This document shows, one piece after another, positions 52,870-63,423 of a stretch of 64,000 nt of DNA. Source of the DNA: Podarcis pityusensis (lineage: Eukaryota); assembly GCA_964106645.2 (NCBI GenBank), contig OZ067043.1; one strand, 5' to 3'. The notes under the pieces are model-generated. The model searched no databases. It was not told the DNA's origin and saw only the letters and a program-made list of their open reading frames with translations. Numbering within the stretch: position 1 is the first letter of the stretch; each line of letters starts with the position of its first letter. Both the position numbers and the translations under genes were made by a program.

Positions 52870-53231
52870 GTTCGGCATGCCTAGTGGGCTATAAAAAGAC
52901 ACCGCCACCAGTCCCACCTCGGACCACCTCAAAGCCGTTCATCTCTGTCACCGTGCAGAGCAGCACCGAATCGGCACAAGACAACTACCTGGACAACCAG
53001 GACCACAAGAGCGAGGTCAACAGCCAGTCGGGACTGAGCAATTCCTCGGATAGCTTAGACAGCACCAGACCACCCAGCGTGACAAGAGGGAGCATTGTGC
53101 CTCCAGCCAGGGAGCCTCCTGAGTTACCCCAGAAAAATGCAACCTTGAAGAGCGACAAGGGGACCCTGACAAGTGAGGAGCCAAAGGTGGAGAATATCCC
53201 CAAAAGGAAGCTGTCATCTATAGGAATACAA
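52870..53231 (+). CDS. DLGAP4: DLGAP4 exon (SACLVGYKKTPPPVPPRTTSKPF...KRKLSSIGIQ)
   Basis: Polypyrimidine tract with CAG acceptor; CAA|GTATGG donor. Contains the SAPAP-family motifs YKKTPPPVPPR and SSIGIQ (dynein light chain-binding GIQV-type site). Confidence 0.97.
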
Positions 53232-54641
53232 GTATGGAATTGTTTGTTCTCATTAGCACTAGAAGATGTTCTTAATGTAACCATTTTTACATGTGCATCC
53301 TTGCTTCACTGCTCTGGCATCTGTGCCCGCTTGGTGTGCCTCTGCTGAACTTTGACTTTATAAAAGTCCAGGGGCACTTGAGAAGAAATTAATTAAGGCA
53401 TATATAGCGAACAGGCCTGTAGGAAAATTCTTCTTTGATAACCCCCACGTATTGGTAGCACCACGAGTCCACTTGTTGAAGCCCATAAGAGAGAGGTGTT
53501 TACAGGGCAGACATGCTAAAGAATCACAGGGTTCAGCCCTATCCTAAGATGTGCATTGTGCAATTAAATCAACCCAGTTCTAAATCAAGAGAAGTTTACC
53601 TTATTAAGAAAAATCAATTTCCTATATGCCACACACAGTGTAATAAACCTTGGCTGTTATTCAGTAAGATTTCGACTTTTGCATGGCAAATGTTCTGATT
53701 GCAGAATTCTGCAAAAACACATGCAAGTTCAAATATTGTGGAAGTGGCAGACTAAGTACTTAAACATACAATTTCATTGGCTTTCTGTCAAATAACGATT
53801 CTTTGGTTCCTGGATTTCCTGTAAATTCACAGGGAATCTAATGGCATTGTTAAAGGTCAGGAATGCATGCACTGCTGTACATGATGCAGAAAAGAAAGCT
53901 ACTTTGGGGAACATTTAAAAAGTAAGTAATGTTCTGCCTTCTGCTGTCAGATTTCCAGAACAGCTATGCATTCCTTCCTTACTGGAAGCTTTGCAGTTGC
54001 TTCCCATGCTGATCCAAAGACTTGTGCTCACCCAAGTAAGAAAGTACCTGAGTGCAAATCCAATTGTTGTTAGCAGGAACAGATTAACTTCGACAAATAC
54101 ATGTTCTTTACTGCACAAAACCTTTTGTGTGTTGGTCTTCGAACAATGAATATTTCTAGGTTACCCAACTTATTTATTTATTCAGAATATTTATCAACTG
54201 CTTCATTAAAAAAAACCAACTATAGCAGTGTACAACAAGATACAAATACGAAATCTTACACAGCAAAAAATACAAATAAAACAGATCTGGCAGAATTACA
54301 CAGTGGCCAGCGACATGCTAGAAACGTCCGGGATAAATGGAAACGTTATAAGCAGAGGCTGAAAACACAGTTTGTTCGTGTCTCATTACAGGAGGAAAGA
54401 GTATTCTTCTTTTTAAAATATTGTTTTCCATAGAGTAGATGCTTCTTAAGCAGAGAAAGCATACAGTTATTCACTTGTTACAAAGGATCCAGGCACATTA
54501 CCTCCAGGCTTGTTTATTCATGAGATAATTTGTACCCTGCTTCATCCACCTAAAAGGAGCCTTCAAGAGCAGGTTAACAATAGTATTAAAATAAAAAAGC
54601 AAATATTAAAATGCAAGCATGAAACAACAGTGAATGAAAAC

Positions 54642-54740
54642 ACAGGTTCAGTCCCTGTACGGGACAGCTGCATATTGCTGCATTGCAGAGGGTTAGGCTA
54701 GATGATCCACAGGGGCCCTTCCAACTCCACAAATCAATGA
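54642..54740 (+). mobile_element. Partial tRNA-head/CR1-tail SINE
   Basis: GCATTGCAGAGGGTTAGGCTAGATGATCC...CCCTTCCAACTCCAC shared with the copies above. Confidence 0.55.
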
Positions 54741-55773
54741 AATCTCACCAAATCTAGCAGCAGAAAGACAAGTTAGTGCTTCTGTTGTGAAGATACTGAG
54801 ATGATGATTGTGAAGATACTGGTATCACAGGCACCCATTGGATAATGCCTGTGACATAATAGAACTGTCCTATGTCCCCACTCCATTTTATGTTAACACT
54901 TAGTTGGCTTTTTAAAGAATAATTTAAATAGCTTATGTAGTAGTACAATTGCTGTATCACAACTGCAGAAGCACTTGTGTAGCTCTTTACAACAGGGCGC
55001 TAGCAAAGCTGCTTCTTTCCCACACTCTGTAAAACACTCCACCATTATTATTAGTTACCTGCACCTTTTCTTCACATTTCACGTTGGAAGCTTGAAACTG
55101 TGTACTTCCTCTATCCTGCATCAGTCACATCCCTCTGAGACATGCTGTACCAATTCTCCTTTCCTCTCTATCCTGCCCTCTGCCTATTTACAGTACACAT
55201 GGGAATACAGTTTTGTGCTCCTAGAAGTGCACTGGCGCAAATACAAGCACTAAAGGAAAACTGTGTTGGGTTTAGATAGCCAAAGGTTATGCCAATTCAT
55301 ATTGGCTAAAGCTGCTGGCATCTTTGAAGCTAGGAAGTTATCTCCGCCTACAAGGCATAACACCAGTCTGTGCTATACTGTCTTTTTCACACTTTATTTG
55401 CATTGCTTTGCCTGCTGGGAGCTTTGATGCAGTCACTTCGCCTTCACCAAAAGTCTTTAAATGGAGCTATAAATTGTTGCATTGCTGAGGTCTACATCAG
55501 TTCTGAGTACTACCTTGACACTGATTCTTCCTTATGCAAGCAATAACTTGTGTTCCCTCTGGGTTGTTTGTTTTTTCCCATCCCATTCCCAAATACTTGG
55601 TGAATAGATGGGGAATTACAGAGAAATGCCATCTTTAAAATGTCCTTTTAAGAGCAGCTGTAAGTATAATATCAAAATATTAAAACCTTTCCTTTATACC
55701 AACTTACACTCCAGCCACTTAATAAAAAAATTCCTTCCTGTAGCACCTTAAAGACCAACTAAGTTAGTTCTTG

Positions 55774-55811
55774 GTATAAGCTTTCGTGTGCATGCACACT
55801 TCTTCAGATAC
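55774..55811 (-). ncRNA. Mirror-image hammerhead ribozyme motif
   Basis: Exact reverse complement of 55820-55857. Confidence 0.75.
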
Positions 55812-55819
55812 ACAGCTGT

Positions 55820-55857
55820 GTATCTGAAGAAGTGTGCATGCACACGAAAGCTTATAC
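55820..55857 (+). ncRNA. Minimal type I hammerhead ribozyme motif (PLE-associated)
   Basis: Stem I GUAU/AUAC; core CUGAAGA plus extra A; stem II GUGUG-CAUG-CACAC; GAAA; palindromic AAGCUU in place of stem III; predicted cleavage after CUU at 55853. Confidence 0.75.
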
Positions 55858-56028
55858 CAAGAACTAACTTAGTTGGTCTTTAAGGTGCTACAGGAAGGAA
55901 TTTTTTTATTTCGACTATGGCAGACCAACACGGCTACCCATCTGTAACTCCAGCCACTTAAAACAGTCTAAATAATATGCAGCAGAAGGATAGGATAAAT
56001 ATGGCATCTTTGTGCCTTCTTCCTAATA

Positions 56029-56241
56029 CAGTGGTACTTCTGGATGCGAACGGGATCCGTTCCGGAGCCCCGTTCGCATCCTGAAGCGAACGCAACCCGC
56101 ATGCGCGTGACATCATTTTGACCGTCTGTGCATGCACGAGTGGCGAAACCCAGAAGTAACGCGCTCCGTTACTTCCGGGTCGCTGCAGCACGCAACCCGA
56201 AAATACTCACCCCGAAGCTACTTCAACCCAAGGTATGACTG
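56029..56241. mobile_element. Tc1/mariner-type MITE (different family)
   Basis: TA TSD; ends CAGTGGTACTTC / AAGGTATGACTG; internal hairpin GGATGCGAACGGG...CCCGTTCGCATCC. Confidence 0.75.
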
Positions 56242-56822
56242 TAGCAAGTTCACCTGGCATCTATACAAGAACAATAGTGGTTCTTGTTTTTATCCATAAG
56301 CTGCCTTGAGTCCCATCAGGGAAGAAGGCAGGGTATGAATAAACAAATAACTGTGTAATAAAGCCAATATTCCTATTCAGAGTTCTGTTTTGCCTCATCC
56401 CAGTGCTTCTAAAGTTCCCTCTAGGATCATCTCACCTAGAAAGTATAAGAATTTTATATTCCAAAGGTAAACATAAAAGCAGTTTAAAATTTCACATCAC
56501 AGATGCATAACTATTCAGTTAAAAATCCCTGACTAAACAAAAATCTACTGCGAATGGCAACAGCCTTGAAATTAGCTTTAGATAGGATGGCATTGGCCTG
56601 GTTTATGGCGCCAGCAGCCTCGTTTCCCTCCCTCTCTCTCTCCCCATCTCCATGGCTAAAAAGGAAGAAAAGAAAATGTGCTGCCTTTTGATGTGTGGTG
56701 TCTGCATGACCAGTGCATGTGTGTGTGTTTGTGTGCGTGCATGCCTCCTTCCTTCAAATGTGAATTCTAGCAGCAAGTTTTTGTGTTTTTGTTTTTTTTG
56801 TTTGTATCTTTTTGTTAATAAG

Positions 56823-56914
56823 GTTGACTGCCTTCAGCCAGTGGCAAAAGAGGAGCCCCCTCCATCAGCCACCAAATTCCAGTCCATCGGGGTACAGGTA
56901 GAGGACGAGTGGCG
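56823..56914 (+). CDS. DLGAP4: DLGAP4 exon (VDCLQPVAKEEPPPSATKFQSIGVQVEDEWR)
   Basis: U-rich tract with AAG acceptor; CG|GTAAGT donor; 92 nt, phase 0 to 2. Contains the second DLC-binding-type motif SIGVQVE. Confidence 0.96.
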
Positions 56915-57364
56915 GTAAGTGGAAGACGCAGGCTTTTTTGAAAAAAAACCTCGTCCAGCTGCAGTTTCCCATTTTATAGTTTAGTTCCCTCTTTCTTTTT
57001 TCCTGCCTCAAATCACTGAGCACCTCTCCCAGTAGTAGCATGTTGGCTTAGTAATGTAGGTGAATCATTGGAAACCTGGAATAAAAAAATAAAATAAAAA
57101 TAGAACTGGAAATGTAATTATAGATGTGTGCCAGTCTTTTTGTTTGGATGGCCTATTGCAGTGAGCAGGCAACCTTATAATTTTGTCTGTCTGCATGTGT
57201 GCGTGTGTGTCTGTGTGCAGAGAGGAACGGGGCAAGGAAACGCAGCTCAGCTGCAGGTGCCCCGAACAGATGCAGATCGTTGTGTCTGTGTGCCAAGTAA
57301 CGAATCGGCCCTCCTCAAGGGCTGCTTTCTCTGATTCTCTCTCTTTCCCTCCTTCTCTTTGTAG

Positions 57365-57774
57365 CAACAGCCACTCTCACAGCATGTCAGCCAAGCAGGA
57401 TACAGATTCTGATTCACAAGAACCGAACAACTCTACCTGTAAATCACCTGAGAGAAGCCTTGCTGATTGCCCCCCATGCAACAACTCCAACAGCCTTGAT
57501 TCCAGTACGAGGCAAACAGCCACGCCCTCCCAGATCAAGAGAAACCTCTCCTATGGAGATAGCAATGACCCAGCCCTAGAGCCTTCCTCTCTTCCTCCTC
57601 CGGACCCCTGGCTTGAAACATCCACCAACACTCCATCAGAACCAACACAGCCGGGAGCTTGCCGAAGGGACGGGTATTGGTTTCAGAAGCTGCTGCAGGC
57701 GGAGACTGAAAGGTTAGAAGGATGGTGTCGTCAGATGGACCAAGAGACCAAAGAGAATAATCTCTCTGAAGAAG
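57365..57774 (+). CDS. DLGAP4: DLGAP4 exon (NSHSHSMSAKQDTDSD...CRRDGYWFQKLLQAETERLEGWC...LSEE), start of the GKAP/GH1 domain
   Basis: TAG acceptor at 57362-57364 after a pyrimidine tract (alternative in-frame CAG at 57368-57370); GAAG|GTTGGT donor; conserved GKAP-domain sequence. Confidence 0.95.
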
Positions 57775-58800
57775 GTTGGTATGGATAATAAACTGACTCT
57801 GGTGGTAAAGGAGATTTCAGTCTGAAATGATGAAATCTTTTCCTGGCACAGTGTTCATGAATGAGTGTGAGGCTGGGCCCAAATAGCAACTTACTGAAAG
57901 GAACACTTCGTATTTTTTTACTGGGGATCTTGTAGAGAAAGGAAGTAGGGAGCCTTGTTCAAATTCTGTTTTTCTTCAATATTGTAGGGACAGTGGCAAC
58001 AATCCGTAGTTTCTTCAGATGTGTTTTCCACTTCATTGTTTTAAGTGATACTATAGAGAGAATCTTCTATCTAATTTTCCTTGAGATCACGTTTAGCTAT
58101 GTCACTCTATTCCCTATTCTGAGGAAATTAAAGTGTAAATGGAGCCTGAATGAGAGTGCTCTCTTGAGACCTTTAAATGTGGCTGCAGAGTGGGTAGACA
58201 GAGGACTTCAGCGTCATTTTTTTGGAACACATAAGGGATGTATTCAAAAACTCCACGTTTTTATGTGTGACTTAAAAAAAACAACCAAAACACTGCACCT
58301 GGTAAAACTGAAATGAAGTCAGTGTTGGGTGGAGATAGGCTAGCAAATAGAAAGCTGTTGCTCACAAATCTGTGATGAGGGTAAATTGCACTCAGAGATC
58401 TTGGGCTCTTTGATGGCGTTGTGTCCTCAAATGCTATGGAGGGGCCTTTGGGAGAATATTAAATAAGGCTTCTCGCTATCCCTGCTAGACTTCACTAGCA
58501 CTGTATTACAAACAAAGAAACTGGCAGCAGTATGGCTGTCTGCCATTCCTGATGGTGGCTGCTGTACAGGGTATTGCTGTTGGCAGTAGAACAAGGGCTA
58601 ACAAAACATGCCCTCACAAAGGAGCCATGAGTCATTTCTAATGGCTTGTCATTAATGGCTCCGAATGAAAAACACTTTGGTTACTGAAGGGAAAGGAAGA
58701 TAAATCTGAAGGACAAAGGGAGCCACTCTCACCTCAAATATCCTTATATGTTCTGTTTTCCAAAGCACTTCATCTTCTAAAATATACCTTTCTAATTCAG

Positions 58801-58892
58801 TCTTAGGCAAAGTCCTCAGTGCAGTGGGCAGTGCACAATTACTAATGTCACAGAAGTTCCAGCAATTCCGTGGCCTCTGTGACCAAAACTTG
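58801..58892 (+). CDS. DLGAP4: DLGAP4 exon (VLGKVLSAVGSAQLLMSQKFQQFRGLCDQNL)
   Basis: TTCAG acceptor and TTG|GTGAGT donor; phase consistent; GH1 domain sequence. Confidence 0.97.
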
Positions 58893-59517
58893 GTGAGTGT
58901 GGAAATCTCTGTAATTGCTATAAATTGTGTCCAAGCGGGGGGAGTATTTGGTCACTTATTAGGCTTTTGCATAGGAAGGAAAAAATGTGGCAGTGTGCCT
59001 ACAGTTCTCTTCTGCCAAGTACCTCAGTGCAGTTTTTTAACTCAGCCATGTTCCCATCCCAGAGAGACTCCTGGATGAGTTGTCTCTTCCCCAGTACCAA
59101 TCCACATACAACCAGTGTTAAATGGGTTTAAAAAAAAAAAAAAAAAACTTAAAACCAAATGGTAATGTAGATCAAAGAGGATATGTGAGGACATTGCTGT
59201 GATTGAGGCAGCCACAGATTTGACCAAGTAAACCAGGAGAAACAAATTATGTTAAATTGTACTTGAAAAGTATACGGATCTGCAGCAGGCAGTTAAGAGT
59301 TTCCAATGTTGCAGTGCAGCGGAGGGGCAGGGGGAGAGAGAAGATAAGTTTCCGGCTTTAGTGCTATGTTGAATGCAGCCAGGAGATTCAGACGTTTCCA
59401 CGTGAACTTAAAAACAACCTTCAAGTCTCATCTTCAACATTAACCCTGAATTGCTGTGTAAGTGTACAGTAGAAGTTGCAACGCTGTGGTTTTTCATTCA
59501 CATTCTCTTTCTGTCAG

Positions 59518-59670
59518 AACCCCAATTCCAATCCCAGGCCCACAGCACAAGACCTTGCTGGTTTTTGGGATCTCTTACAATTGTCCATCGAAGACATCAG
59601 CATGAAATTTGATGAGCTGTACCACCTAAAGGCTAATGGCTGGCAGTTAACGGAGCCACCGGAGAAGAAG
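59518..59670 (+). CDS. DLGAP4: DLGAP4 exon (NPNSNPRPTAQDLAGFWDLLQLSIEDISMKFDELYHLKANGWQLTEPPEKK)
   Basis: TCAG acceptor and AAG|GTGAGC donor; hallmark DLAGFWDLLQLSIED motif. Confidence 0.97.
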
Positions 59671-60546
59671 GTGAGCATGGAGCATTATAAAGAAACGGTG
59701 CTTAGCAGCACAAGTTCAGGTGGAGCATTTGAAAAGAGAAGAAAAGTGGCTTGGTCTGTGCCAGGTAGCTTAATTTACAGCATAATCCTAAGAGGTTTCT
59801 TGGAAGTTAAACCTGCTGCTCTAACCAATGGGATTTGCTTCCAGTAAATGTGCCTGATCAGTTTTTGTTTTATTTATTATTTGATTTTCAAAATTCACAT
59901 GCACACACACATACTGCACATGCTTCCAAGGCAGTTTACAAAAATGAGACCAAATACAAAAAATAATAATGTTGCGTATATTGCGGTCCTCAGGCATCTT
60001 GCAAAATTTAGAGGTTGTTGTAGAAAGTTTTGATATATTCCCTGTTTGCTGTTAACACAGACTGCAGGAGTCTGTGTTTTCCCCTGACAAGGGGGAAAAT
60101 AGTAGAAAGTGTTTAGACCATTCTGAAATGGTATAAGAAAATTGGTGTAAAAATGCTAGTTTAAAAGTCAGATCCTCCTGTCCAAATCTCCCTCCCCATG
60201 TTTCCCATCTCAGTTCTGATCTGTGCTCCTATAGGGTGCACAAGGCATAATTGTAGCACTAGTGAATGATGTAAATTGATGCTACTTTACTGCAAATAGC
60301 CTATTTAAGCCCCAACTGTATTTTCTCTCAGTTGTGAGTCAAGGGAACCTTACTTTGTGAATTCCAGTGGTTCTAATACCAAAACTGAATGCGTTCACAT
60401 TACTTACCAGCATTTTTTTTAAAACAACCAAACCTATGGGCCTAAATTTTTGGCACAGAACTTTGATTTTAGACAAAACTGTTGAGGAAGAGAACAGATC
60501 TGCCTGCAGTTCCTTTTAACGTTTTGCTGTTCTTTTTTCCCTGAAG

Positions 60547-60765
60547 GAAGAGAAGAAGCCGCCCCCTCCTGTGCCAAAGAAGCCAGCCAAACCTAAATCC
60601 CAGCTGAACCGGGACAAGGCCTCTGACTCGGTGGATAAACAGCGCCAGGAAGCCCGCAAGCGCCTCATGGCAGCCAAGCGCGCTGCCTCAGTCCGGCAGA
60701 ACTCTGCCACCGAGAGCGCGGACAGCATTGAAATCTACGTTCCCGAGGCACAGACCCGTCTTTGA
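60547..60765 (+). CDS. DLGAP4: DLGAP4 last coding exon (EEKKPPPPVPKKP...IEIYVPEAQTRL-stop)
   Basis: Pyrimidine tract with AAG acceptor; TGA ends at 60765; the C-terminal QTRL is the Shank PDZ-binding motif. Confidence 0.97.
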   Translation, partial: EEKKPPPPVPKKPAKPKSQLNRDKASDSVDKQRQEARKRLMAAKRAASVRQNSATESADSIEIYVPEAQTRL

Positions 60766-63392
60766 GCAAGGGGAAGAGGAAGAAAACACACTCTTTTTCA
60801 TGCCATTAAAAAGGAAAAATAAGGTTCACTAAATTTAGTGCGATTTATTTGGTCTAGAGACACAGAGCCAATCGTACAAAGGGCTCCCAATTTGGCTATC
60901 TCTCTGTCTGTCTCTCTCTTCTTCTTTTTTCCCCCCTCTCCAGCTTTAAGTAATGAAAATTTTGAAGGAGAATCCCTTCCTGCTTCTGTGGTTTGGGTTT
61001 TTCTCTCTCTCTCCCACCCTGTTTCACACTGGCTGTGGTGTGGTGGAACAGACTCTTGGAAACACAGCCCTTCAGACTTGGAACTGCAACCTTTTTACTT
61101 GTTCTATCTAAGGAGAATTATTAGCTTGTTTACATGAAATGGACAAAAATTGAAACAAAGCCTTGGGCACTTGCCATGCTGCGCTTTTTTCTCCTCACTG
61201 TATTCTTTCTGTCTTCCCGTCCACAAAGTCTTTCTTTTCCCCCTCTCTGCTCTCGTTCTACTCCTGCTCCTAGTTTTTCTCCTGTTCTATAGTTCTTAGC
61301 TCCCCTTTCTTTGTCATCCTTTTTCTGCATGGTGTCGTTTACTGTGTTAGAAGTAAAATCTTCCACAGAGCTCCAGAAGAAAACACCCTGTTCAGTGTGT
61401 GCTGTTGTTGCACTCTGCTAGCGAGCAGCCTTTTGATTTTATTATGTATTGTTTTCCCTTAGAGGTGGGTTTGGGAGTAGGTGGCCCGGGGTGGGGTGGG
61501 TGGCAGTGGGGCTTTGGTTTAATTATGTAAAGTGAGGGTAAGATCTGTGGGATGTAAATGGAGTGGGATGTTAACACAGCCTGGAAGCAAAACAAGTGCA
61601 ATAAGATAGTTGTTGTGGCCTGTGCACACTCCCTTGAATGGTGCTGCAACAGAAAGATTTCCCGCACAGGGTGCTCAGTCAGAAATACAGCATGGATTCA
61701 TAGGTTCCCCCCACACTCTTCTGTTCTCTTTCCTACAATCCCCCCCCCCCCGCAATTTTTATGTGTGTTTTTTTGTGTGTGCAAAGATCTGTGTATAAGA
61801 AAGCAGCTGCTACACAAAGGGAGGGACTTGTATCAAAGGGGTGTGTAATATTCTCAAGTGGAGGACAATGGCTTTTGTACAGAAAATCAAAGAGGAGGTA
61901 GCTGATGGAGACTTGGCAGTTTGCCTGCCCACCTGTATGTATGTGTACATATGCACATATACACTTAGTAGGATCTGTATATTTAACTCGTACACACACA
62001 CACGCACACATGCGTACCCATTCACACATGCACGCATTCAGAGGGTGTCTTTAAAAAGCACCTCGGTGAGGGTGGGTGTATGTATAGCATATATTTTTAC
62101 ATGTACTATAGCTAGATGTGTGTAAAAGTGTGTGCAAAAATATATACCCTGCATATTTTCAGGTTCCTCTTGCCCATCCCACCCCTCTGTGTCCCATCTT
62201 ATTTGGGGATGCTGTCATCAACCTTCAGTTTGACCCTCCTCTCTTTCTCCTCTCCCATTTTGGCCTCATTTTGTGGAGCCAGGAGTCAAATAGCCAGTTC
62301 CAACTTTCTCCTCTGCCCACCACCTTGTGCCCCCTCCTCCCCCTCCCCCCACCAAAAAAAAGTGTGCATTTGTCTGAAAGCTGTGCACTACCATTTTGGA
62401 AGATGATAGAAGTTGTTCAGGTGGTCAAAACTCCAAAGGAATTTTATTCTGGTGCATTAGTAATTTAAGGAGGTGAAGATAAAACGCTACAACTTAAATC
62501 ATGTCAGTGAATGCTGTGTACAGTGTCTATGCATAGAGAGTGTTACAGATTTCTCCAGCTGCCCACATAATGTGCATTTTTGTAACCTGTGGAAGCTTGG
62601 CCATATAGACCGTGGCTTCAAATCAAGCTTGATTTATTTCCCTCTTTTCCCTTCCCCTACCTCAAATGTCTTTATAACAATGGTAGACAGTCCTTGACTG
62701 ACTTTTGAAACAAATGGCTGACTTTCACAGTTCTTTGTATTAAAATTTGAAATGTGTGGAATGCTACTTGTTTTACTCACGTTTCCAAAGGCAGCAATCT
62801 CGGGAATTAGGCAGGTAATTGCTTGATGGACTCAGTTGTTGGTGAGTGTCTTTTAGCTCGGAGATTCCCGCTTGAAGTCAATGGGATTAAATGTTAAATC
62901 TACGTACATCCACCTTAATTGGTTTTTATGGACGGCAGCCTAAGCGACCTTTCACTTCCCCTGCCTCAGTGCTGCTGCTTCTAATTATGTAGCAGCAAAC
63001 AAATGTTTCCCCCCACATGTATACATAGACGAGAACACGACTGATTCCCTGTTCTCTGGCATGTCTACCCACACAACCCATGTATTTACCACATTTGTCC
63101 TTTTTATATCTTAGGTGTATTCAAAAAGTGTTTTATGTGTACACCTAAAAAAGGTGTGTGAAGTGGCTTCAGTCTGTCGCAATAAGAATAGAAGTGGTAC
63201 TGGATTCAAAAGACACTGTGAAGGAAGCTTGAGTCATGAACAGAGATCTCTCCGGAGGTCTTCAGCTTTGCTAACCATAGGTAGGAAATAGGTGTGGGCT
63301 TTCATCTAGTTGGTGGGGTGAGATCAAAGCAAAAGCAGTTGGCTGGTTTTACAAGTGACTGGATTTCAATAAACCTTCACCTCATTTTATAG
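60766..63392 (+). other. DLGAP4: DLGAP4 3'UTR (~2.6 kb; 3' end approximate)
   Basis: Runs from the stop codon to the first AATAAA I found that has a downstream U/GU element; largely free of transposons. Confidence 0.7.
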
Positions 63393-63423
63393 CTCTGAGC
63401 ATTCTTTCTTCTGTGTTTTTTTT
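63368..63423 (+). terminator. Polyadenylation signal AATAAA (63368-63373) with downstream U/GU-rich element
   Basis: AATAAA followed ~30 nt later by TTCTTTCTTCTGTGTTTTTTTT. Confidence 0.75.

Larger units (their letters stand above)
55721..55946 (+). mobile_element. Penelope-like element (PLE) terminal fragment with inverted 5' duplication
   Basis: Perfect 190-bp palindrome 55721-55910 plus a 36-bp unpaired tail (CAGACCAACACGGCTACC); GTTGGTCTTTAAGGTGCTAC pLTR motif; 15-bp TSD ACTCCAGCCACTTAA (55708-55722, 55947-55961). Confidence 0.85.

Noticed and set aside
57826-57897. Possible C/D-box snoRNA (ATGATGA...CTGA, ~70 nt, intronic)
   Set aside because: Poor terminal stem, no recognisable rRNA/snRNA guide, and atypical position near the 5' splice site.
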